Source: Geosiphon pyriformis uo1
Taxonomy: Eukaryota; Fungi; Glomeromycota
Assembly: GCA_016748015.1 (NCBI GenBank)
Contig: JAAOMT010000398.1
Span: 2,975-30,746, forward strand
Direction: 5' to 3'
Length of the DNA stretch: 27,772 bases
The position numbers and the translations under genes are program-made. A model generated the notes under the pieces. It worked only from the letters and a program-made list of their open reading frames with translations, made no database searches and was not told where the DNA came from. Below are positions 11,419 through 21,970 of the stretch, in pieces (the first letter of the stretch is position 1; every line of letters starts with the position of its first letter).

Positions 11419-11653
11419 CTCTGTAATTTAAATTGCATTTCAGTGGTGGTCCCATTCGAGACTATTAATATAGTTACACCGAAACTTTGCATGAATGTGT
11501 TAAATATATTGAATGGGATTGATTCATTCATTCCAGATAAGACTTTTTTAAAATTTATCATCATTAATATTGAAATCTCTATGAAATTTCTCACAGGTAA
11601 CGAATCAATTTAATCTTTAACAAAAAAAAAATCAATCAATCAATCAATCAATA

Positions 11654-11687
11654 AAACCAATCAGAGAATCATCCTAAACCAATCAGA
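11654..11687 (+). promoter_or_regulatory. Tandem CCAAT boxes (AAACCAATCAGA twice, starts 22 bp apart), candidate Hap2/3/5 (NF-Y) sites
   Basis: Exact 12-nt direct repeat at 11654-11665 and 11676-11687 matching the extended RRCCAATCAG consensus; function inferred. Confidence 0.4.
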
Positions 11688-11838
11688 ATTTTTATCATTA
11701 ATTTTAAAAATTCAAAATTACCACGAATCAATGCTGCCTAGAATTTAAATCATGCTTAAAAGAGTACAAAAATTTTTCATTAATTTAACCAATTAACTTC
11801 TATTTTATTCCGAAATTTTTATGATAAATCCCTTCATG

Positions 11839-11871
<33 letters not shown>

Positions 11872-12420
11872 AATCAATAAGTTCAATTATAGCTAGCTTT
11901 CCAATAAGAATTCGAATAAAAATTTTTCAATTCAATGACGAACTTGGAATCAAATTAAAACACCACCACCACCATAACCACCACCACCAACACCAACACC
12001 AACAACATCCTTCACTGTTCAATCAAAAACCATTATCCGCCAAATCTTGTTCAAGAATCTCAATTTGTGATACAATCAATGATATTATTTACATTGATAT
12101 ATATTAGTATGACTTTTCTCTTAATAAAAAATAATAATAAATGAACTATTTTACCCCACACTTTTTTGCCACGCAGGTTTTCAATCATATGAATAAACTT
12201 TATTTTATTGTTATATCCGGATTTGGTATATATATTATTATTATTATTATTTTTTCTGTTGGAGATTGAGTTAGTTCAAGAACTGATAAGTGATTAATAT
12301 TGTTTGAATATTGAAAGGTTTTCCCAAGAAAATCATGCTACAAGTTTTTTTTTTTTTACATGCAAGCATGAGAAATAATTCGTTCTCACTTATTTTTCAA
12401 TTAAATAAAGTTTGAAATAT

Positions 12421-12524
12421 ATTATATTATATTATATTATATTATATTATGTTATGTTATGTTATGTTATGTGATGTTATTTTATTTTATTTTATTTTAT
12501 TATATTTTATTTTATTTTATTTTA
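12421..12524. repeat. Graded pentanucleotide array (ATTAT)6-(GTTAT)n-(TTTAT)n
   Basis: Read directly; 5-nt register preserved. Confidence 0.95.
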
Positions 12525-13168
12525 CCTTTCTTCATTGTTGGCTTTGATTAAAAAAAGAAAATTCAAAGTTTCATAGACTAAGAGTTTAATATCATTCAAA
12601 TTCTTAAAAAAGGAAATTTCGCTAGAGGCGCTACTTCTTTTACAAACATAAAATTTCAAGCGAGTTTGAAATAATTAAAATTGACGTCATAAATTCAAAT
12701 GAATTTTCCGAGATTTACTATATTTATTATATAAAGTTTTCAGGTAATTATTTGTTTTTTGTACTCCAAATATTATAAATTTTTATCCAAATTTAAAGAT
12801 TAGTTGTAATTTTTTATACTTTCAATAAATTTACACAGTATCCAAAAGGAAAATTTTTGAGAAAATAAAATTTTTTTTTTTTTTTTCAATTAATAAATAT
12901 TTGGCAATTATTATCTTGTTACACTCGCTGAGAAAAAAAAAATTCAGAAAAAAATTTTTTATCTTGATTTTTTGACAAAGGATATTTGAAAGGAATTGTT
13001 CAAATTTTAAATTTTAAATTTTGATTCTTTTTTTTATTTTTTATTTTTTTTTCAGCATCCATAAACGTGCATTACAAATATTAAAAGTTATTTTTTCACA
13101 TGTTTTTTTTTTGGTAATTTTTTTTTCTTTGTAAATTGTGGTTTAATCCAATCATGTTCAAAGATTTT

Positions 13169-13201
<33 letters not shown>

Positions 13202-13762
13202 TTTTTTCTCTTAATACATCACATTCAGAAGATGAATAGCAACGGTTTTTCCCTCTTGTTTAATCAGTCTAACTATTTTTAAAAAATTTTGCTATTCGTC
13301 TTAATTTGGAATAAAGCTTGTTAAAATTCAAATTTCGGTGTGATCAAAATTAAACTTTATAATATGAGTAAAAGAAAGAAATTTTTTTTTTGATTTGAAT
13401 TAACAAAAAAGTAAAACCGTTTGAAAGTATTCCCCTTTTTTTTTTTTTTTCAAAAATTCAAGATGCATATTTTTTCATCCCAAATGGTTTTTTAAAGTTT
13501 ATAAAAAATTGTACGTAATATATTAAAAAACAATTTAATATCTATTTCGATTTCCTGATATTTTTTTCCCGCTGTTTTTTTTTCTCTACATCCAAAATTA
13601 GTCTAATCATTAAAAACTTAACATTTCAGAAACTGTTAATGAGAAATTGACGCGTGTTCATTGTATACTGGATGAAGACAATAGCAACAACAAATATTAC
13701 GACATGATGCAAGATTTTGAGATTTTTACAGATATGCCAAATTTTGTCATCAATCACCAAAA

Positions 13763-13856
13763 GTTGTTGTTGTCGTTGTCGTTGTTGTTGTTGTTTTTTG
13801 TTTTTGTTTTTGTTTTTGTTGTGGTTGTGGTTGTGGTTGTGGTTGTGGTTGTGGTT
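13763..13856. repeat. Compound (GTT)/(GTTGTC)/(GTTTTT)/(GTTGTG)n repeat
   Basis: Read directly. Confidence 0.9.
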
Positions 13857-14682
13857 ATTATATTTTTATTGATTTATTTAATTTAGAATCTTTATTATTA
13901 TTATTATTATTATTTTTATTTAAAGTAGTTAATCATGTACATGTATTAATTTATCAGAAATATCTCCTAGATTAAATTCTCGGGTGATCAAGAAAAGAAA
14001 AGAAAAGAATTCATTTAAACCCTAGTTTAATGTATTGAAAATCTTTTTTCCTAAAATATTTTTTCAATGAAAAATGATATAACATAAGAATAGAACAGAA
14101 CAGAGCAGAATAGAAAGTGTGCATGTGATAATAAAATGTTTTTTCAATAAGTCTCTCTTTTTCTATATAACAAAAATTAATCTTTTTAATCATAAAAGAA
14201 AAATAGTGTAACCATTTCATTGGTAAAATGTAAATATTATTCCCGTAGATAGATAGATAGATAGATAGATAGATGTATATATATATATATTTATATTAAA
14301 AAAGAATGATCAAATGGTTTTTTGTTAAAAGAAAAAACTTCAAGATTTTTTATTTATTTTATTTTAATTTTATTTAATTTTATTTTATTTATTATTATTT
14401 CATTTTATCTTGTTTTATTTTGCTTTTAATATACAAAAATAAAACTTTAAACTAATACTTTGAATGAATATATTTTTAATAATAATAATAATATTATTAT
14501 TATTCTTTGTTGAATGCTCAAATAGGAAATTGTTAAAATTGGGGGAATTAAAAAAAGAAAAGTTTATCCTAACATGATTTAAATGGTTAAAAATAGCTTT
14601 ATACAAATGAACGACGACGATGATGATTATGTAATTTTGATTATGAAAAAAAATTGACGTAACGCGTTTTTTAGCACTGGGT

Positions 14683-14730
14683 TTGACGTTGACGTTGACG
14701 TTGACATTGACGTTAAAGTTGACATTGATA
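14683..14730. repeat. Degenerate (TTGACG)8 hexamer array generating tandem TGACGT motifs
   Basis: Units: ttgacg ttgacg ttgacg ttgaca ttgacg ttaaag ttgaca ttgata. Confidence 0.9.
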
Positions 14731-15425
14731 TTTGATCACGATGATCTTTGAGAAGGAAATATTTAAATTAATTTATAACATAAACTCTCCTTTTCTTTTG
14801 ATCTCATTGGAAATCGTCTTCATTCAACATTCAATAAAAGGCAATCGTGAATAAAAGCTTTCATAAAGAAGGCACGGTTTTATGGCAAAGCTTTAAACGT
14901 CTATAAAGTATTTTAATTCCAAGCCACAAAAATTGTAAAAAAAGATTATTGACGCTGCGGTTCCAAAAAAAACCCCTTATTTAGAAGAAATCGAGTGATA
15001 TCATGACTTTTTTGGTACACATGTGGAAGGTAACATAAAAAAGAAAGGTAAAAGCAAAAGCAATGGTTTAAATGTTGAATCTTAATTACTCAATACAAAT
15101 TTAAAATTTGTATTACCTTAACACAATGTATAAGACAAAGACCGAAACTAAAAATAATTCAATACACATTTTTAAAATGATTCCCCTGTTTGGTATTTTT
15201 TTACCATTGAAATATTCCACTTTTCAAATAGAATCCAAAAGCAATATTGTAAATTTTAAATTTAATTAAACATAAAAATTTGTTGCACCAACTTTTGAAA
15301 TTTAAAATTAAAAGTTTTCCCAATAGAAGTGACGTCTTAACTGTTACTGGTTACATGTTGAATTGTTTTTTAAAACCTGAATGAAATAAATGTAGTATTT
15401 TCATAAAAGCAATCTGTTAAGGTTC

Positions 15426-15470
<45 letters not shown>

Positions 15471-16077
15471 TTTCATGACTTGTGATTCATTCCGTGTAGT
15501 CTTTGAACAAAAAAGTCACGAGGAAAAACCTTCTTTTTTGAACTCTGACCCTCACTAAATATATATATTAAAAAATGATGACTTCATATGTAACTTATAA
15601 CATGTACACGTATATGCTGCATATGATATCATTCTCAAGTATTTGAAATTTTGACCTCACACACACACACATCAGGTTTTCTATTAAAAAATACATGGGA
15701 AAATCCCCTTTAAAAAATAAAAGAGATAGGGAAAATTTAAAAAAGTCTATGATCATTATTATAATCCTATTATTTTATTGTATCACCCCCCTAAATTTAA
15801 AGGAGACTTTTTTTCAAGACCTTTTGACTCGATTATAAACTTTTAATTAAAATCATAAATCTTTTAATTTTAACTTTTGACAGATGCACAGACTTTAATG
15901 AAAAGCACGCACGCACACACGCACGCAGGCAGGCAGAAAAAGATTAAATTTATTAAAAGGGCCTTACTTTGAATGTCGTTGCCTGAGAAATTTAATAAAA
16001 GATTTTTTAGGGTGGGTAATAATTTTAATAGGAAAAGATCAATGATATTACACAATTTAATATGACACCAACGCGCA

Positions 16078-16147
16078 GACACACACACACATACACACAT
16101 ACACACATACATACATACATACATACATACATACATACATACATACA

Positions 16148-16176
<29 letters not shown>
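16078..16176. repeat. (CA)n grading into (CATA)n
   Basis: Read directly; explains the HTYI and MYVC ORFs. Confidence 0.95.
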
Positions 16177-16179
<3 letters not shown>

Positions 16180-17096
16180 GGATGATCATCTTTTACCCCG
16201 GATTTTCAGGATTCATAAAAAAATTTTACTTTTTCACTTTAGAAAAATCTTGATTAGTTTTTTTTTTTGAACTTTATTTATTATTATAAAAATAAAGTTT
16301 CCACCCATCTTTTGTTGTCTTTTCAAGTGAAACCAATTTTTTTTTGTACTTCTTTTTCCTGTATGATTTGCGCATACAACCGATACATTTTTATTAATAA
16401 TAATAAATTTTTTGTTTGTGATATAACAAAAAAGAATTTTTTTTATTTTGATTTTTTAAAAAATTTAAAAGTTAATAGAAAATCTTTAATTTTCAAAGAA
16501 AAAAATCTGAAAGTAGAATTTTAATAATTAATTAATGATTTATAATTAATAATTAAATTTAAATAAATAAATAAATAAATACTTTATTTAGAGAATAGTG
16601 TGTTTAAATTAATTAATTAATTAATTTATTTATATATTTTTAAAAAAAAAAATTCCCGATAAAGAAATTCATTCATATTATCTTGGAGACTTGGCCTATT
16701 AATACATTGACTTTTTTTAAAAAAAATATATATATATATATATATATGTATATGTATATCTATATTACGAATTAAATCAAATATTTTTAATATGAATGTA
16801 TAAATGAAAATGCTCTAAAATAACATATATACAAGATGAATTTATTCATTTTAAACTATTTAAAACATCTCCTCAAATTAATTTTAACGATATTGATTTT
16901 TTGCCAAGTATCTCAGTCGATCTTTTTATAGATCATTTATCATTGAACCATTCAAAGAGAATAATAAAAAGTTTGGAAGGGGCGATTCCTTGACTAATTA
17001 TTTACTTCTATTATCACCTTAAATAAGTTGTGAAGAAAATTCTTATAATTAATTATACCATCACACAATTTTCGAAATCAGGTTTACAAATTATTT

Positions 17097-17134
17097 CATC
17101 ATCATCACCACCACCACCACCACCACCACCACCA
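17097..17134. repeat. (TCA)n-(CCA)n trinucleotide repeat
   Basis: Read directly. Confidence 0.9.
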
Positions 17135-17874
17135 CAAAATTCACATGGAAAATTCATACATTCATTCCATGGAATATTTATTCATCTTGGTCCCTATAAA
17201 AAGCCACCCCCACATTATGGAATAAGATTTTACCCGTTAGAAACTGGTTCTCGCGCTTTACAAAAGGCTTTGATTTTTTAACCCTTTTAATTTAACCTTA
17301 ACCGTTCTATGCTTTCTTACCCTTTTTTATTTAGAAGTTGATTGTTTTCGTGATAGATTCCAGAGAAGTTGTTCAAGTTTTCATATTAGCCAAAAGAGGA
17401 ATTAAATATCTTTTTTTTTTTTTTTTGCCATTTCTCAATATTCTAAACATTAAAATCACCTATTTAAACCTAAAAATGGTAATCAAAATTAATATTCAGC
17501 CCTAAGTTTGAGAATAGAAATCTCTGCCCTATATTATAAAAAGAATATAAACGTTCGAGACTTTTAATAAAGTCTTTATTCATTATGTAATATTTAAATG
17601 AATGTATCATCATAATAACAATTCGCAAAGATCTAAAAGAAATGAATTATTCAATTTTTCCATTTCAGGTATAAAAAGATTTTTTTGATTTTTCGATACT
17701 AATTTTAATTACTTTTATCGATTTAAAACCTTTTATTTATAAACCCAATCGTTTTTTTTAAAACTTGATTATTAATATCAAAATATATATAACATAAAAT
17801 AATATTAATTATGATGTTTTTTAATAAATTGGTTTTAACATAATTATTTTTGATATTAAGTTTTAATGCAAAAA

Positions 17875-17919
<45 letters not shown>

Positions 17920-18135
17920 TTTAAATTATTATTATTATTATTTTTATTATTTTTAAATTATTTTTATTATTTTTTAAGCATTCATTTAAATTTTTTTAAA
18001 TAAAAATTATTAATCAAAATATTAAATATATTATAATTCTTAAAAAATAAATGATTTTAATTTCAATAAAAATATTAAATATATATATATGTGTATATAG
18101 AAAAATAAAAAAAATTTATTTAATAATAATAACAA

Positions 18136-18171
<36 letters not shown>

Positions 18172-18497
18172 ATATTTTTTTGGATCATGCATAAAATAAT
18201 GTTATTAATATTATATCTTTTAATTTTAATCTTTTAATTTTTTTTAAAAATAATCAATATTTTATTTTTTTAAAATTATACATTATTAATAATAAAATTA
18301 AAATAACGAAATTAAATTTTTTTTAATAAATAAATAAATATATATATATATTTTTTTAATAATATTAAATTATTTAAGAAAACGCATAATTCACGTCTAT
18401 AGTTGCCTGATTTGTAACTAGAAGCATAAAAAATATATATTATTTAATTATTTAATAAGTATCGTTATTAATCAAATTATAATAATTATCAGTACAA

Positions 18498-18534
<37 letters not shown>

Positions 18535-18660
18535 ATTATTATTATTACATTTTCAATTAATATTATCTTTTAATAAACTTTTTATCTCAGATATGCGGCG
18601 CACCCTCCCCCGAGACCAATGAAAAACAAAAAAAGATTTTTAGATCATCTTGAGGCCATC

Positions 18661-20928
18661 ATGTCATTATTTTGTCTCGTTACCCTTTCAAGGCCTATTT
18701 TACAAGCAACCTTTATACCTTCCTTAAAAGCCACTTCTTCTTTAAAGAGTATCTCTTTTAGTGGTAAATCTCTGGTAAAGAGCTATGTCACCGCAAGCTT
18801 GGTCTTTCGTGCTGCCAAAGTTGCCAAAGGTGCCAAAGGTGCCAAGCAGCCGCCAAAAAAGGCTGGTAAAACGGCGAAAGGTAAAAGTTCATTCTGCCAC
18901 TTGCTTCTGTTCTCTTTATAAAAATTCTGAAAGAGTTACCAATGTTTCCTTGCACAAAAATTAAATTTTATGTTCCACCAGTGGATAGACCTTTAAAGAA
19001 AAAGGGCTCAAGTTTTAAGACTGCCAAAAAAACGAACAGCAAAATGGTTTGAAAATGGATTAAAATTTAATTTTCTAATAAAATCTCAATACGTTATGCT
19101 AACTTCTGTTTTACCTACTTTTAGATAAGAAAGGTCACAATTGGACCTGGTTTCAACAAAGTTAATCCAGCATATTACCGACCTGCGATTTCATCAAACT
19201 TAAACGCAATGGAACCGGTACTTTCCTCTGATTTCTGTTATCTCCTCATTTTTAATCAAAAAGTCAAGAAAATAACTTTTTTCCTTGATTGAAATAATAA
19301 CTAGGAAATCTTCCATCCAGACAATGTTGGAACCGTTTATCAACTTCCAGAAAGTATAAGCTCCAAGTTGAAAGCCTTTGGAATCGCACCTGCATTATTT
19401 AAAGAGGTTAGATTTGATTTCAAAGAGAATTATATATATATATAAGGGTCTAAAGTTAAAATATTTCTACATATTATTTATTCATCTTGTATTCTCCAAG
19501 TTTGATCTCTTCCCAAGGCCCTCTCTTGTGCTACGGAATGAATCGGTTAAATTGGTTGATATTTTGGATTCAGCATCAGAAGGGCAAAGTTCAGCCAGTA
19601 GATATGTAATAAGTAAGTGATAAAAATCCTGAATTTGATTTCTTTATAAACATTTAATCATGGACAAAATTATTCAGCCGGACCTCTAGGCACAGGGAAA
19701 AGTGCGCTGCTCTTGCAAGCAGTTGTTTACACTCTTGCTAAACGAAATTGGATTGTCATATATATTTCGAATGGTAAGAGATCTGTTCAGATTATTTTTC
19801 TGGGATTAGAATTTACAAATAACTTATTTCTATTGGAAACCGTAGCTATAAGCTATGTCAACAGCTCATCTGCCTATCAAAAGAATGAGACAACTAAGAA
19901 ATTCGTTCAACCTCAATTATCACAACGGCTGCTTCAACAAATCCAGACAGTGAATAAATCTATTCTACAAAATGTGGGGTTTTGTATATCATAATATCAC
20001 AATTCACAATAGGTTTCAATGTTTTCTTTTTGACATTATTGCTCCTATCTGAAGGCTCTTTCATGCAAATTTGGGATTTGCTCAGATCAAACTCTCCAAG
20101 GCATATCAAATTCAGCGCTATACAATTGAACAAGGTACAACGATGTTAGGACTCCTTTCGATTGGGATCAAGGACCAAAAAGTTGCTTTTGAAATTCTGG
20201 ATATCTTTTTAGGAGAGATGGCTGTTCACGAAGAGTAAATTGATTGATTCTTAAATCTTTTTTAATAAATAAAAAGGCTTTTCATTAATTAATTTTGATA
20301 ATTAACAGGTATCCAGTTCTGCTCGCGATTGATGTGATCAATGCATTTTACCGCAAAACTCTGTATCGTAATGTTGATTTCAGTTTTCTAGACGCAAGTC
20401 GTCTTTCCCTACCACATCTATTATTGAAACATTTTAGTGGTGACAGATATTTTGTAAGTTGAATTCGAGAGTTCGTTTAATCTGCTATGCCAGTTTTCCT
20501 AAATGAAAATCTTGATTGACATGACCCTGCATTTAAGAAACGTGGTGCCATAATTGGTGCAACTTCAGAAGCTACTTCAGAGTTCCAAAGCCACCTTTTA
20601 AATAATGCGCTGGGTCTTACTGAACCGTCACCATGGGTACCAGTATCATCCTCTTTATCTCGATATGCTGGAGGATTGCAAAGGATTCAACTAGGCAATT
20701 ATTCTGAAAATGAAGCGAAGGGCGTTTTCGACTTTTACGTAAAGGCTTCCATCACATTTGAAGGTAAAAACTTTCACATTTCTCGAGTCAATTTAAAATC
20801 TTAAATTTGTATGTAACCCCCATGCTATTGATTTTCATGCGTCTACAGAGTCATATTTCAAAAAAAAACTCATTTTGAGTAACGGGAATCCACGGAAATT
20901 CTATCTAAGTTGTATCCAAAAGACTTGA
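18661..20928 (+). CDS. RSM23: Mitochondrial small-subunit ribosomal protein mS29 (RSM23/DAP3), 471 aa. 11 exons: 18661-18880, 18982-19046, 19125-19217, 19305-19406, 19501-19612, 19678-19773, 19846-19973, 20086-20234, 20309-20453, 20538-20763, 20849-20928.
   Basis: All ten GT-AG introns keep the frame (1416 nt in total). The N-terminus resembles a presequence (S/L/K/R-rich, no acidic residues). It has a P-loop GPLGTGKS followed by WIVIYI, a Walker-B-like YPVLLAIDVINAF and a C-terminal LSNGNPR, all typical of DAP3/Rsm23. An alternative in-frame ATG lies at 18619. Confidence 0.9.
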
Positions 20929-21225
20929 TTATCCTTATTTTTAGGGCACCGTAGCCTAATGAAAAGTTATTCGTGGAAGTTTTTGTATACTCCATCATGC
21001 CCCACTATTTCCCAATTCATCTCCCACATTTAATATACCAACCAGCCAAACTCTTTCCACATTTTGAATTTCGAGCCTTATGAATGGTTTTATTATTTCA
21101 ATGGATTTTTTGTCTTTTTCGCATGCACTTGCGATTCCTTTCGTGGGGCCTGATCAAACCGGTCTCAAATATGCATTTTTCTAGCCGATCTTGAATCATA
21201 TTAGGACTTGTCCTTTAACCTCAAT

Positions 21226-21861
21226 TTATGAAAATAAAAGTTGATGTTCGGTAACAAAACAAACAAATGCATATGCCATAAAGGATGATATGAAACAGAT
21301 GCTAAACACCATCAACTCGTCTCGACTCTGAAAATTTATTAGAAATTTCAAAAAGGGCTCTTTGAAAGAGTGTTGTTGACTTTGTGTTGGATTATTGATA
21401 TCAGGAGAAGTAATTGTTTCTTTCTGTATCTTTGTTCTATTAATATTGGTCAATCTTGCGCGAGAATTCAAGGTCGAACGCCGTCCGGTTTTCGTGGCAT
21501 ACCACTCAATAATCTCTGCGTGAAATGCTTTCCATGTTTGCTCAGGTGCAATAATCATGAGAACTTTTTCGACAAAAAATATGTGCTCCCAACGTGGTTT
21601 CGGCGGCGGTTCAATCACCTCTTGAGCGACTAGTGAGCGAAGTGTGTCATAACACCCGTGGTCTTGCAGGAATTCGATAGCTTCTCCCAACAGCAGTTCT
21701 GGGTCCTCTTGCTCATTTTTTGACGACTCGCTTTCCATACCCTTTTCAGTGGCCTTTATTGAATGACGACGACGGCGACGGAGCCCCATTACCTCTTGAG
21801 TTGAGGACTCCCAATTAATGTTATTAAGTGTACGCAGATCACCTAACTTCTGACCAACCAT
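21226..21861 (-). CDS. Intronless hypothetical protein, 211 aa from ATG 21861 or 187 aa from ATG 21789. Poly-Arg N-terminal patch, LisH-like helix motif and C-terminal transmembrane segment.
   Basis: Uninterrupted ORF of over 600 nt with raised GC and protein-like composition, filling the space between two clear genes. The hydrophobic stretch LMVFSICFISSFMAYAFVCFVT ends 7 residues before the stop. Start codon uncertain; no family recognised with confidence. Confidence 0.75.
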   Translation of the reverse strand: MVGQKLGDLRTLNNINWESSTQEVMGLRRRRRHSIKATEKGMESESSKNEQEDPELLLGEAIEFLQDHGCYDTLRSLVAQEVIEPPPKPRWEHIFFVEKVLMIIAPEQTWKAFHAEIIEWYATKTGRRSTLNSRARLTNINRTKIQKETITSPDINNPTQSQQHSFKEPFLKFLINFQSRDELMVFSICFISSFMAYAFVCFVTEHQLLFS

Positions 21862-21970
21862 ACACACAATATAAATACTGATGTAATGTTTTTTGATGAT
21901 CTATAGATGACCAAGTCATTTATATATAATTCCACTATTGATCTTCCCCCTTTTAACCTTTTTGTCCAGA
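21862..21970. promoter_or_regulatory. Compact bidirectional promoter between the orphan ORF (-) and inhibitor-2 (+)
   Basis: Divergent starts are only 109 nt (ATG 21861) or 181 nt (ATG 21789) apart; TATATATAA at 21921-21929. Confidence 0.55.

Noticed and set aside
11211-11613. Overlapping 127-aa (-) and 90-aa (+) ORFs
   Set aside because: F/I/K/N-biased composition typical of AT-rich non-coding DNA; the longer one crosses homopolymer runs; no recognisable domain.
12165-12172. TTTGCCAC partial Rpn4/PACE site
   Set aside because: Single, incomplete, and more than 11 kb from the proteasome-related genes.
21130-21170. Hammerhead-like CTGAT/GAAA elements between convergent genes
   Set aside because: The core is CTGATCA rather than CTGATGA and the required stems are absent.
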